In this document: piece after piece, positions 48,435 through 57,732 of the stretch | Numbering within the stretch: position 1 is the stretch's first letter | Layout of the letters: each line of letters starts with the position of its first letter | Assembly: GCA_051646285.1 (NCBI GenBank) | Contig: JBOFCU010000324.1 | Coordinates: forward strand, 8,407-72,406 | Direction of reading: 5' to 3' | Length of the DNA: 64,000 bases | DNA from: Beijerinckiaceae bacterium | Lineage (GTDB): Bacteria; Pseudomonadota; Alphaproteobacteria; Rhizobiales; Beijerinckiaceae | The notes under the pieces: generated by a model | What the model saw: only the letters and a program-made list of their open reading frames with translations | Databases searched by the model: none | Told to the model about the DNA's origin: nothing | Made by a program: the position numbers and the translations under genes

Positions 48435-50717
48435 TTAATGCGCTTTCATGCCACGGATCATGGCTGACACCACGTCGGAATAATTGTCGCTCCATGGCTT
48501 GACGCCTGCGGTGCGTGCTGGCTCGTTCCAGCCCTGCTCCGGCGTGAATGCCGTCAGCGGCTGCGGATTGCGCGCGATGGCAACAACAATGGATGGCATC
48601 CACAGGCGTGCAGCATAATTGCCGTCCTTGAATGCGTCCTTGGCGAATTTGCGGTCGTCGCGCACGCGGATGGTGTAACCGAGTTCGTCAGCCAGCGCCG
48701 TCAGCACGGATGTCAATTCAAGATGGCGGTTGGAAATGTGCATGACCAGCACGCCATGGGCAGCCATCTTGTCGAAATACATCTGTACCGCTTCACGCGT
48801 CATCAAATGAACGGGAATGGAGTCAGACGAAAATGCATCAATGACGATAATATCCTTGGCAGCCGCGGCTTCATCGGCAAGCGTCAGGCGCGCATCGCCC
48901 AGGATAATGGGCGCTTGCGGCATGCAATCACTGACAAAACGGAAGCGATTGGGATCACGGGCGAGACGGATGACTTCCGGGTCAATTTCAAAGAAGCGCC
49001 AGCTTTCCTGCCCCGTGGCATGGCAGGCCATTGAACCTGCGCCCAGACCGACAACACCGACATGGCGCACGCTGTTGCCCGCCCGCGTGAGATTGACGGC
49101 GCTCGTAATCGCACCGGCCGGATTATAATAGGTCAGTGGTTCGCGCTTGCCGTAACTGGCGGATTTTTCATCGAGGATCAGACGCTCGGCCCCATGCAAT
49201 GTGGTGCCATGGGCCAATGCGCGGAAGGTTCCATTGGCGAAATCGCGCACGACATGGACACCGAAAAAGGAGCGCGCAACTTCGACAACCTGACCGGAAC
49301 GGGTGGTGCTGGCGAGCACGACCATGACAAGCACAGCGCCGGTGAATGCCAACAAGTGCTGGCGGTTCTGCCGCATCATCCAGCCTGCCGCCACAACAGC
49401 GACCATGGTGGCACTGACGAGGACCGGATGGGCCATGGCATGCAGAATGGGGCCGCCGAAAAGAAGCAGCAGCAACGCGCCAGTGCCAAGGCCAATGCGG
49501 CGCAGAATGGCGTCGCGCCCGCCCTGCCACAGGGCCGGATGGCAGAACAAGGCAGCAAACAGCAGGATGGGATATTCATGCGTGTTGTTAAAAATCAGCG
49601 GGGCCACAAGTGCGGCCAGCGTGCCGCCGACAACGCCACCCAGTGACATATAAAAATAGAACTGCGTCAGCGCCTGCGCTGATGGCCTCCGCTGCACAAG
49701 CTCATGATGCGCGCACAATGTCAGAATAAAAAAGGAGGTTGTGCCCAGGGCGAGCGACAGCAATGTCGGCAGGTTGACGCCGATGATCAGCAGCACAATG
49801 GCGCAGACAAAGGCGTAAGGCTGCACCGCCTTGATGAATGTGTAGGACAAGATCGGCTTGCTCTGGAACGCGACAATAAATGTCAGCAGAAACAGCGCCA
49901 GCGGGATCACCCACAAAAACGGCGCAGCCGCAATATCCGTGGAAATATAGGCGGTGAAGGCCACCAGCAATCCGGATGGCACGGCGGACAGGCCAATCCA
50001 TGCCAGTTTTTGTGCGCCCGGTATGGCAACGGCTGTCTCGGGTTCCGCGTCGGCCAGGGTCTTGCCTCTCACTGCAAAACTCGCTGCCATCGCGATCAGC
50101 GCGAGCAGAAATGCAAATGTCCATGACCAGGCCTGCAGCTGTTTGGGCAGCGTGAAATTCGGCTCGATCAGCAATGGATAGGCAAGCAGTGCCAGCAGGC
50201 TGCCGATGTTGGAGGCAGCATACAGAAAATAGGGGTCATGCGCCTGCGGGTGACCCGTCCGCGCAAACCACGCCTGCAACAGCGGCCCGTTGGCGGAGAC
50301 GGCGAAAAACGGCAGGCCGATGGACACGAAAAACAATCCGAACAGCCACAGCACCGGGCCATCAGCTGGCGGCCTGTCCCACCCTTGCGCGATGCCGAGC
50401 GGCAGGGCCACGCCGATCACAAGCGCCATCACCGCGATATGCACGAGGGCAGCCTTGCGCACACTGAGATATTTGGTCAGCACATGGGCGTAACTATAAC
50501 CGCAGAGCAGGACGGCCTGAAAAAATACCGTCGCCACCGACCATACGCCGGGTGATCCCCCCAGTTTCGGCAGCACCAGTTTGGCGAACATGGGCTGCAC
50601 GACAAACAGCAGGCTGGCCGAGGTAAACAGGGCCGCAGCAAAAACCGTGATGACCAGATGCGGGAGCGATGCCGTCTGTTTCTGGGTATAGGTTTGGGTC
50701 AGGTCGCCTGCCGGCAT
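48435..50717 (-). CDS. Fused polytopic membrane domain / spermidine synthase-like methyltransferase-fold protein
   Basis: 760 aa. About 480 aa of hydrophobic helices, then a SAM/dcSAM-binding-like fold (VGVVGLGAGSMA, IIVIDAFSSDSIPVHL). Confidence 0.8.
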   Translation of the reverse strand: MPAGDLTQTYTQKQTASLPHLVITVFAAALFTSASLLFVVQPMFAKLVLPKLGGSPGVWSVATVFFQAVLLCGYSYAHVLTKYLSVRKAALVHIAVMALVIGVALPLGIAQGWDRPPADGPVLWLFGLFFVSIGLPFFAVSANGPLLQAWFARTGHPQAHDPYFLYAASNIGSLLALLAYPLLIEPNFTLPKQLQAWSWTFAFLLALIAMAASFAVRGKTLADAEPETAVAIPGAQKLAWIGLSAVPSGLLVAFTAYISTDIAAAPFLWVIPLALFLLTFIVAFQSKPILSYTFIKAVQPYAFVCAIVLLIIGVNLPTLLSLALGTTSFFILTLCAHHELVQRRPSAQALTQFYFYMSLGGVVGGTLAALVAPLIFNNTHEYPILLFAALFCHPALWQGGRDAILRRIGLGTGALLLLLFGGPILHAMAHPVLVSATMVAVVAAGWMMRQNRQHLLAFTGAVLVMVVLASTTRSGQVVEVARSFFGVHVVRDFANGTFRALAHGTTLHGAERLILDEKSASYGKREPLTYYNPAGAITSAVNLTRAGNSVRHVGVVGLGAGSMACHATGQESWRFFEIDPEVIRLARDPNRFRFVSDCMPQAPIILGDARLTLADEAAAAKDIIVIDAFSSDSIPVHLMTREAVQMYFDKMAAHGVLVMHISNRHLELTSVLTALADELGYTIRVRDDRKFAKDAFKDGNYAARLWMPSIVVAIARNPQPLTAFTPEQGWNEPARTAGVKPWSDNYSDVVSAMIRGMKAH

Positions 50718-50858
50718 TGCTTCTCTCCTGCGATCTATGGGGGGACCGTAAGGACAGAAGGTTAAATCCGGCTTATGGATTCACGCGATGGATTCAGCCG
50801 TTTGCGCCAAAGCGCAGATATTACGCCATTTTCCGGTGCGCGTGACGATGCGCGCTGT

Positions 50859-51311
50859 CTATGCGGCCGTGTAAACCTGTTTGGCCCGCTCCTCGAACGC
50901 ATGGGTGAACATGCGGAATATGCGGTCAAACACCGCGCCGGCAACGGCAGCCAGTATGCGGCTCTTGAATTCATAGGAAATATAGAAATCGATAACGCAG
51001 CCATCCGGGTCTGGCAGAAATGTCCAGCGGTTTTCGAGAAAGCGGAATGGCCCATCGATATATTCGACCAGAATTTTCATCGCGGGCTCATCGAGCGTGA
51101 CGCGGCTGGTAAAGCGTTCGTTAATGGATTTGTAGCCGACCGTCATATCCGCCACGATCACCGGCCTGCCCTCGCCGTCTTCTGTCCGGCGCCGGACTGT
51201 CAGGGCTGAGCAGAATGGCAGGAACTGCGGATATTTTTCCACATCTGCGACAAGCGCAAACATCTGCGCGGCGCTGAACTTGACCGGATGGCGCGTGCGA
51301 AAGGAAGGCAT
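50859..51311 (-). CDS. SRPBCC/START-fold protein (RatA / COQ10-like ubiquinone-binding family)
   Basis: 150 aa. Polyketide-cyclase-like pattern (FSAAQMFALVADVEKYPQFLPFC). Conserved position next to lipA. Confidence 0.85.
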   Translation of the reverse strand: MPSFRTRHPVKFSAAQMFALVADVEKYPQFLPFCSALTVRRRTEDGEGRPVIVADMTVGYKSINERFTSRVTLDEPAMKILVEYIDGPFRFLENRWTFLPDPDGCVIDFYISYEFKSRILAAVAGAVFDRIFRMFTHAFEERAKQVYTAA

Positions 51312-51317
51312 CGTGTT

Positions 51318-52322
51318 TTAATGGCCAAACCGCGCCAGACGCGCTGCCCTCAGTTTGGCAAAATCATCCCCGGCATGATGTGATGATCGGGTCAGCGGTG
51401 TTGATGACACGAGCAGGAAGCCTTTTGTTCCGGCGATTGTGGCGAAGCTCTTGAATTCGTCGGGCGTGACAAATCTCACAACCGGGTGATGCTTGCGTGT
51501 GGGTGCCAGATATTGGCCGATGGTCAGAAAATCGACTTCGGCCGTGCGCAGATCATCCATCAGCTGCAACACCTCGTTGCGCTCCTCACCCAGCCCGACC
51601 ATGATGCCGGACTTGGTGAAAATGGTCGGGTCCAGCTCCTTGACCCGCTGCAACAGCCGGATGGAATGGAAATAGCGTGCGCCCGGCCGCACCGTGAGAT
51701 ACAGCGACGGCACGCATTCAAGATTGTGATTGAACACATCCGGTTTGGCCGCGACCACAACCTCCAGTGCGCCTTCCTTACGCAGGAAATCCGGCGTCAG
51801 AATTTCGATGGTGGTGTTGGGGGCGGCGATGCGGATCGCCCGGATGACCTTGGCAAAATGGTCGGCCCCGCCATCGGCAAGATCATCGCGGTCCACCGAT
51901 GTGATCACCACATGCTCAAGGCCGAGTTTGGCCGTCGCGTCGGCCACTTTTTGTGGCTCATCCGGGTCCAGCGGGGCCGGCATGCCGGTTTTGACATTGC
52001 AGAAGGCGCAGGCGCGCGTGCAGGTGTCACCCATGATCATGAAGGTGGCGTGCTTCTTTTCCCAGCATTCCCCGATGTTGGGGCAGCCCGCCTCCTCGCA
52101 CACGGTGACGAGGTTGTTTTCTTTCACGATGCGGTTGGTTTCAGCCCATTTGGGCGAGCCTGGTGCTTTCACCCGGATCCAGTCGGGTTTGCGCAGCAGT
52201 TCGTGATCCGGCCGTTTCGCCTTTTCCGGGTGGCGTGGACGACTGACGGCGCTTGCGACTTCGCTTGCGACATCGCTGGTGCGCGGGTCTTTCCCGCCGA
52301 GAAGGTCAAGCACCACAGCCAT
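51318..52322 (-). CDS. lipA: Lipoyl synthase
   Basis: ORF 51318-52565. The ATG at 52322 overlaps the upstream stop (TGATG) and gives 334 aa. Cluster motifs are [12 protein letters not shown] and radical-SAM CTRACAFC. Confidence 0.95.
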   Translation of the reverse strand: MAVVLDLLGGKDPRTSDVASEVASAVSRPRHPEKAKRPDHELLRKPDWIRVKAPGSPKWAETNRIVKENNLVTVCEEAGCPNIGECWEKKHATFMIMGDTCTRACAFCNVKTGMPAPLDPDEPQKVADATAKLGLEHVVITSVDRDDLADGGADHFAKVIRAIRIAAPNTTIEILTPDFLRKEGALEVVVAAKPDVFNHNLECVPSLYLTVRPGARYFHSIRLLQRVKELDPTIFTKSGIMVGLGEERNEVLQLMDDLRTAEVDFLTIGQYLAPTRKHHPVVRFVTPDEFKSFATIAGTKGFLLVSSTPLTRSSHHAGDDFAKLRAARLARFGH

Positions 52323-52609
52323 CAGGCAATCATCCTTGCAAGCAACACAACAGCCGCCGCACCTATTGCGGCGGTCACGATCTTTGCCACCAGCGGGTTG
52401 CGGATGGCAAGTGAAAGCCCCAGCGCCCGCAGCACCAGCGTGCCGAGGAACAATCCCAGAAATCCGGTGATGGCATAGCGCAGCAGCCCGCCGCCACCAA
52501 CGATAAAACTGGCCAAGAACCCGCCAACCGATCCAACGATGAGAGGCGGCATCAGCACCGCCCAATTGACCGGCGGGCTGCCAGCCTTCTCAGGCGGCAG
52601 CACGGACAT
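52322..52609 (-). CDS. GlsB/YeaQ/YmgE-family small stress-response membrane protein
   Basis: ORF 52322-52660 with ATG at 52609. 95 aa, Gly-rich helices ([30 protein letters not shown]). Confidence 0.7.
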   Translation of the reverse strand: MSVLPPEKAGSPPVNWAVLMPPLIVGSVGGFLASFIVGGGGLLRYAITGFLGLFLGTLVLRALGLSLAIRNPLVAKIVTAAIGAAAVVLLARMIA

Positions 52610-52754
52610 CCGGGGGTCCCCATCCCGGTAATGCGGCGGTTTCTGGCGTCGTGGCGGCATTTTACCGATATGGTCTTTGTGCGGGCATGGGTAAAGATGG
52701 GTGCTGCGGATTTATGTCATTGGCCTGCTGGTCATGGCAGGCTAGAAGACGATC

Positions 52755-53924
52755 ATGCAACGCTTTATGCTCTCCAGAACGGCCCTGTCTCGCGCCGCCG
52801 CTGCCCTGCTGTGCGCCTTGCTGGCCGCCTGCGGCTCAAAGGCGCAGGGTGTGCTGCTGCCAACAGGATTCCAGCAAGCCGGAACCAGCAAGGTCGAAAT
52901 TCTGGTTGCCACCACGCGCAGCAGTGAGGATGCCGGGCCGGGCGAGATGTTCACGGGCGAGCGCGCGATCGGACTGAACTTTGCAGATATTGCCATTTCC
53001 ATTCCACCTGACAGCGCCCGCCAGCCGGGCGAAATTCAATGGCCGTCATCCAAGACAGCGAATCCGGCGACCGATTTCGTGACTTTGCGGGCCGACCGGA
53101 TTGACCAGCCGACGGCGCTGAAGCGGCTTTATAGCCGGGTTGCCAAAGCGCCGCAGCGCCGGGTGCTGCTGTTCATTCATGGCTACAACACGCGCTTTGA
53201 GGAATCTGTCTACCGTTTTGCCCAGATCATGCATGATTCCAAAGCGTCTGTGGTGCCGCTGCTGTTTACCTGGCCATCACGCGGGCAGCTGCTGGATTAC
53301 CCCTATGATCATGAGAGTGCGACCTATTCACGTGATGCACTGGAAGCCATTCTGCAAACACTCTCGAAAGACAAATCGGTCGGCGAAATCTCCATTCTCG
53401 CTCATTCCATGGGCAACTGGGTCGCTGTGGAAGCGCTGCGGCAGATGGCCATCCGTGGTGGCGGTATCGCGCCAAAAATCAAGAATGTCATGCTGGCCGC
53501 GCCCGATATTGATGTGGATGTGTTCCGCCGCCAGATGCGCACCATCGGCGAGAGGCACCCGCCTTTTACGATCTTCGTGTCGCGTGACGACAAGGCGCTG
53601 TCTTTTTCCAAGCGCATTGCCGGCAGCAATGACAGGCTTGGCGGCATTGATCCCGAACAGGAACCCTACAAGTCACGCCTGAAAGAATTGTCGAGTAACC
53701 GCGTGACCATCATTGATCTCACGGATGTCCAGTCCGGTGACAGTCTTGGCCACACGAAGTTCGCGCAATCGCCCGAGGTTGTGCAGATGATTGGCGGACG
53801 GCTCGCCAGCGGGCAGAAACTGAACGAAAGCGGCGGTTTTGGCCAGACACTCGGCTCTACAGCCGTTGGCGTCATTTCCGGTATTGGCAATGTCACTGGA
53901 CGCGTCGTATCGGGCGCACGCTAA
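52755..53924 (+). CDS. Alpha/beta-hydrolase lipoprotein, DUF900-like
   Basis: Lipobox LLAACGS. FIHGYNT and the nucleophile elbow AHSMGN. 389 aa. Confidence 0.8.
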   Translation: MQRFMLSRTALSRAAAALLCALLAACGSKAQGVLLPTGFQQAGTSKVEILVATTRSSEDAGPGEMFTGERAIGLNFADIAISIPPDSARQPGEIQWPSSKTANPATDFVTLRADRIDQPTALKRLYSRVAKAPQRRVLLFIHGYNTRFEESVYRFAQIMHDSKASVVPLLFTWPSRGQLLDYPYDHESATYSRDALEAILQTLSKDKSVGEISILAHSMGNWVAVEALRQMAIRGGGIAPKIKNVMLAAPDIDVDVFRRQMRTIGERHPPFTIFVSRDDKALSFSKRIAGSNDRLGGIDPEQEPYKSRLKELSSNRVTIIDLTDVQSGDSLGHTKFAQSPEVVQMIGGRLASGQKLNESGGFGQTLGSTAVGVISGIGNVTGRVVSGAR

Positions 53925-53968
53925 GGCAGTGCATTGGCCTGCCTTGGCGCATCAGCTTGACGGTGTAT

Positions 53969-54571
53969 TTATTCAGCGGTCAGGCCCAATGCTTCGCGAA
54001 AACGGGCCTTGGCATGCGCGCCCTCACGCAATGGCACCAGACGCGGATAATCGGCGCTGCTGATTTTCACGATCCGCACGCGCGGCCCGGCCCCTATTTT
54101 CGCAACATCGCTTGCAAGCTGTTCAAGATCATCTTCGCTGTTGATCACGTCAGCATCGGCAATGCCGCACCCGCGCGCAATGGCGGCGAGATCAGCGGTG
54201 ATGGTGTGGCTCGCTTGGGCGCCGGTTTCACCATACAGACTGTTGTCGAGCACAATGATGGTGAGATTGTGCGGCTGTTGCAGGGCGATGGTTGCGAAGC
54301 TGCCCATCCCCATCAGCATTTCGCCATCCCCCGTGATGGCGATGACGGGCTTATCGGGCTGCGCCAACGCAAGCCCCAGCGCCAGCGAAGCGGTGCCACC
54401 CATCGCGCCCCAGAGATAAAAATTTTTCGGTGTGTCGCCGCTCGCTGCGACATCATAGGTTGATGCACCCAATCCCGTGACAACAAGTGCATCGCCCCGG
54501 TCACGCAACAGGCGGGCCACGGCCTTGCGGCGATCCAGACGGTTTGATTTTTGCGGGGCGGACTGTGCCAT
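53969..54571 (-). CDS. Thiamine-diphosphate enzyme, C-terminal (TPP-binding) half; sulfopyruvate/phosphonopyruvate decarboxylase beta-like
   Basis: 200 aa with the TPP motif ITGDGEMLMGMGSFATI...VLDN. Lies 18 nt downstream of the partner alpha-like gene. Confidence 0.8.
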   Translation of the reverse strand: MAQSAPQKSNRLDRRKAVARLLRDRGDALVVTGLGASTYDVAASGDTPKNFYLWGAMGGTASLALGLALAQPDKPVIAITGDGEMLMGMGSFATIALQQPHNLTIIVLDNSLYGETGAQASHTITADLAAIARGCGIADADVINSEDDLEQLASDVAKIGAGPRVRIVKISSADYPRLVPLREGAHAKARFREALGLTAE

Positions 54572-54589
54572 GGATGTTTTCGGCCTGAT

Positions 54590-55147
54590 TTATTTTGTGA
54601 AGACTTTTGCGCCAATCAGGCGCTGGGACAACAGCACAGCGACCGACGAGCCGCCGCTGTAAACCATCGAGGCAGCATGGCGCACAACATCACCAACTTC
54701 GGCCGGATGGTCGGCGCGCTGCACCTGCATGCCCATGAGTTTCAGCGCATCCGCAGTGGTGGAACCCATCGGCACTTGCCATGGATTAAATTCGCCCCAC
54801 TCCCCGCGCATGGTTACAAGCATCAGCAATGGAAATTTGCAGATTTTGGTCAGCGACAGCATGTTGATGCAATTGCCGACGCCGCTGGATTGCATCAGCA
54901 GGGCCGACCGCTGGCCGCCGAGCCACGCACCGGCTGATACTGCGATACCTTCTTCTTCGGTGGTGAGCGCGATGCCACGCATATGCGGGTGGGCTTGAAC
55001 AGCGGTGATCAATTCCGCATGTCCACCATCCGGCACATAGGGCACCTGCCGGACATCGAACTCTTCCAATATCCGCAGGATGCTGGCGGGCCAAGTTCCG
55101 GCTGACGATAGGAGCGCTTGAGATGGCGAGAGTGTCTGGTTCATCAT
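54590..55147 (-). CDS. Thiamine-diphosphate enzyme, N-terminal (pyrimidine-binding) half; decarboxylase alpha-like
   Basis: 185 aa. VPDGGHAELI...TTEEEGIAVSAGAWLGG...LMQSSGVGN pattern of TPP_enzyme_N split subunits (ComD-like). Confidence 0.8.
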   Translation of the reverse strand: MMNQTLSPSQALLSSAGTWPASILRILEEFDVRQVPYVPDGGHAELITAVQAHPHMRGIALTTEEEGIAVSAGAWLGGQRSALLMQSSGVGNCINMLSLTKICKFPLLMLVTMRGEWGEFNPWQVPMGSTTADALKLMGMQVQRADHPAEVGDVVRHAASMVYSGGSSVAVLLSQRLIGAKVFTK

Positions 55148-55255
55148 TCACGCATTCCAGCACGGGGCTGGAGCGCATGACAAATCATATCACGCGCGCA
55201 GCGCTCCGCGCGCTGTGCATAACGCAAGCGGCTGAATTATCCGTGGGCAGTGATT

Positions 55256-55705
55256 TCAGTTTCTCTTTGGCGCGCTGATGGAGCCGGTCGTTTCCGGGCT
55301 GGTTGTTGCAGCCGGTGCCTGGCCGGCCTGCACAATGCCGGCCTTGGCCTGCGGCGTGCACACAACATGGTCGTTGAAAACGTAACAGACGCTCATGTCG
55401 CCGGTGCGGTGATTGACGCGGAACACGCCACCCTCGCGCTCGTGACGCGATGCGATGAGCGCATATTCACCGGCGGGCTGGGTGACTGCGCCCTCGCCTG
55501 CGCCATAGCATAGCGTGACACCAATCGTGCCTTCTTTCAGGCCATACTGGCAGGCTGTCACCTCGCCACTGAAACGGTCGATGCGGTAGACGCGGTTGAG
55601 ATCGGTTTGCGGCGCGGCCAGAAAATCAAACGGCGCTGCGGTTGCGGCCATGGGCGCAGACAGGAGCGATACGGTGGCGATGGCAAAACGGCTGATACGG
55701 CGCAT
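55256..55705 (-). CDS. Hypothetical secreted protein (about 149 aa, four Cys)
   Basis: ORF 55256-55885. The ATG at 55705 is preceded by GGAG. Signal peptide MRRISRFAIATVSLLSAPMAATA/AP. The mature part has 4 cysteines and a Pro/Ala/Thr-rich tail. Confidence 0.55.
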   Translation of the reverse strand: MRRISRFAIATVSLLSAPMAATAAPFDFLAAPQTDLNRVYRIDRFSGEVTACQYGLKEGTIGVTLCYGAGEGAVTQPAGEYALIASRHEREGGVFRVNHRTGDMSVCYVFNDHVVCTPQAKAGIVQAGQAPAATTSPETTGSISAPKRN

Positions 55706-55827
55706 CGAAAGTCTCCACAGGCGAGTCATGCTGATCCTTGGCATAGCGAACCGTTTTATGGTTGATGAAGCCTTAACGGTCGGCCTGTATCGATCATCCC
55801 GCCTGCAATTATTTGAGATATGCGCCC

Positions 55828-56511
55828 ATGAGCGACCGACCGACCCTTGTGTTTGATCTCGACGGCACGCTGGCAGACAGCGCACGTGATCTGATCAAGA
55901 CACTCAATGTCATTCTGGAATCGCAGAATGTGCCGGGTGTTCCTATCGAAAAAGCGCGTGATCTGCTGGGCGCTGGTGCGCGCCCGCTGATTGAGCGGGG
56001 CTTTGCGCTGTATGGCAAAACATTGCCGCCACCGCTTCTGGACCAGCTTTATCAGGATTTTCTCAATCATTATCACGACCATCTGGCGGATGAGACAGTG
56101 CTTTTTCCCGGCGTTCTGGATTCGCTGGATGCGCTGGAAGCCGAGGGCTGGCGGTTTGCCGTCTGCACCAACAAACTGGAGCAGCATTCGAGGATATTGC
56201 TGGATGCGCTGGGCATCGCCGGGCGTTTTGCCGCCATCTGCGGCAAGGACACATTTCCCGTTTTCAAGCCTGACCCCGGCCATTTGACCGGCACTGTGGC
56301 ACTGGCCGGCGGCCGGGCGGACCGGGCTGTCATGGTTGGCGATTCGCGGGCGGATATTGATGCGGCCATTGCCGCAAGCATTCCCGTCGTCGCCGTCAGC
56401 TTTGGCTATACCAACGTGCCCGTGCGCGACCTTGGGCCAACTGTCGTGATCGACCATTTCAGCGAATTGCAAACTGCCGTCCGGCGCTGTGCCAGCCAAT
56501 TTTCAGCCTGA
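55828..56511 (+). CDS. gph: HAD-superfamily phosphoglycolate phosphatase
   Basis: LVFDLDGTLADS motif I, CTNK motif II and GDSRADIDAA motif IV. The ATG at 55828 is preferred to 55813. Confidence 0.85.
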   Translation: MSDRPTLVFDLDGTLADSARDLIKTLNVILESQNVPGVPIEKARDLLGAGARPLIERGFALYGKTLPPPLLDQLYQDFLNHYHDHLADETVLFPGVLDSLDALEAEGWRFAVCTNKLEQHSRILLDALGIAGRFAAICGKDTFPVFKPDPGHLTGTVALAGGRADRAVMVGDSRADIDAAIAASIPVVAVSFGYTNVPVRDLGPTVVIDHFSELQTAVRRCASQFSA

Positions 56512-56526
56512 TACCGGACAATGGAA

Positions 56527-56601
56527 TGGTGGGCGCGACAGGGATTGAACCTGTGACCCCTCCCGTGTGAAGGGAGTGCTCTCCCGCTGAGCTACGCGCC
56601 C
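56527..56601 (-). tRNA. tRNA-Val (anticodon CAC), CCA encoded
   Basis: Reverse complement GGGCGCGTAGCTCAGCGGGAGAGCACTCCCTTCACACGGGAGGGGTCACAGGTTCAATCCCTGTCGCGCCCACCA. Anticodon stem CTCCC/GGGAG with loop TTCACAC. Confidence 0.93.
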
Positions 56602-56707
56602 ATTCCGGGTGTCCGTGTAGGCAGGGCCGCCCTGCCCGTCAAGCGTTGCTGATGCGTTTTCCGTGAAACCGCATCGTTGCGGCACTGCACTGGCGATGCC
56701 GGATTGA

Positions 56708-57535
56708 TCAGTCTTTGCCGGGGCGAAACGGAATGTCGAGCGGTGCGCCCAGTGGTTCAGGCGCAGGGATCGATATCCGCGCCAGCCGCTCAGCCGATTC
56801 TTGGCTTGGCCGGTTTGCCTGCTGCCCCTGACGGCTGCCGCCCATCGCGTTGTCCTGGTCGCCGATGGCGCTCCGTTGCCCAAACAAGGCTTCCAGCTCG
56901 ATCGCTGGTGCGGTGAGAAACGGATATTTTGCCAGCACCTTGCCGCGCACAGCGCGGCAATTGGCCCCCATCATGATGATTGGCTTTTTCAGGCCGGGAT
57001 ATGTGCGCGGCTCACTTAAAACGTCCAACCCGAACAGGCGCTTGTAAAAGGGCTGATGCTCAGCGCGCACGGTGGCCAGGCCCAGATCAATACCGAAGTA
57101 ATCACAGGCCAGCCCGGCCAGACGGACCGTCGCATAGGGCAGATAAGGGTTCTCGCGCGCCATATCGGGGTCAGCGACGAACCGTGTCGGGTCAGACACG
57201 GTCGAGCCGGCATTGATGTGCGGCGTCAGCACATCGGGGAAAATATCCATCGCGGGTGACTGGCGGTGAAGATTGCTGGCGATGTGAATACGAAGGGAGC
57301 TGGCAAGGCGGTTGTTGAGATACAGACCGAATATCCAGACATTCGCAAGATCATCAAACTTGTCCCTGAACCGCTTTTGACGGTTGGGTGCAATCGCGCC
57401 TTCCCTTAGGTATGCATCATAGCGCAAACGGTAAATCACGTCGCGATCTTCGTCGGTTACAGCAATGCGGTAATCGACTTGTTCAATGAAATCAGCGACC
57501 TTAGCCGCAAAAGACTGATCCGTTTGAAATTGCAT
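56708..57535 (-). CDS. LuxI/FeeM-like N-acyl synthase (GNAT-fold autoinducer-synthase superfamily), orphan
   Basis: 275 aa. VIYRLRYDAYLREGAI...FDDLANVWIFGLY...PTRFVADPD...TVRAEHQPFYKRLFG resembles N-acyl amino acid / acyl-HSL synthase-like proteins. Low-complexity C-terminal tail of about 50 aa. Confidence 0.65.
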   Translation of the reverse strand: MQFQTDQSFAAKVADFIEQVDYRIAVTDEDRDVIYRLRYDAYLREGAIAPNRQKRFRDKFDDLANVWIFGLYLNNRLASSLRIHIASNLHRQSPAMDIFPDVLTPHINAGSTVSDPTRFVADPDMARENPYLPYATVRLAGLACDYFGIDLGLATVRAEHQPFYKRLFGLDVLSEPRTYPGLKKPIIMMGANCRAVRGKVLAKYPFLTAPAIELEALFGQRSAIGDQDNAMGGSRQGQQANRPSQESAERLARISIPAPEPLGAPLDIPFRPGKD

Positions 57536-57633
57536 AAAACTTGCCCCGTATGCGCCGATGGTTCGACGTCGAGGGAAATTGTTAATGCATTCTTTACCAC
57601 AGTAAAGACGGGCGTAAAAAAAGGATTAATACG

Positions 57634-57652
57634 CTGCGCCGGTTTGGCGCAG
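57634..57652 (-). terminator. Possible terminator hairpin downstream of the membrane GGDEF-EAL gene
   Basis: Stem ctgcgcc (57634-57640), loop ggttt, stem ggcgcag (57646-57652). On the minus strand a T-run follows only after 11 nt, so this is weak. Confidence 0.35.
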
Positions 57653-57732
57653 ATGTTAACACAAATCAATTAACAGAGGTTGGTGTGATATTCGTATGCG
57701 AATGATCAGCCAGCTGGTTGATCTGCCACACG

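Noticed and set aside
50859-51311. RatA-type toxin of a toxin-antitoxin pair.
   Set aside because: No small antitoxin ORF is adjacent. The gene sits in the conserved lipA neighbourhood, where this SRPBCC protein is generally regarded as a COQ10-like lipid/quinone-binding housekeeping protein.
53923-53945. Hairpin aaggcag-N9-ctgcctt between the convergent DUF900 and TPP-beta genes, as a terminator.
   Set aside because: The stem is 7 bp with a 9-nt loop and there is no U-tract in either orientation. This is too weak to report as a terminator.
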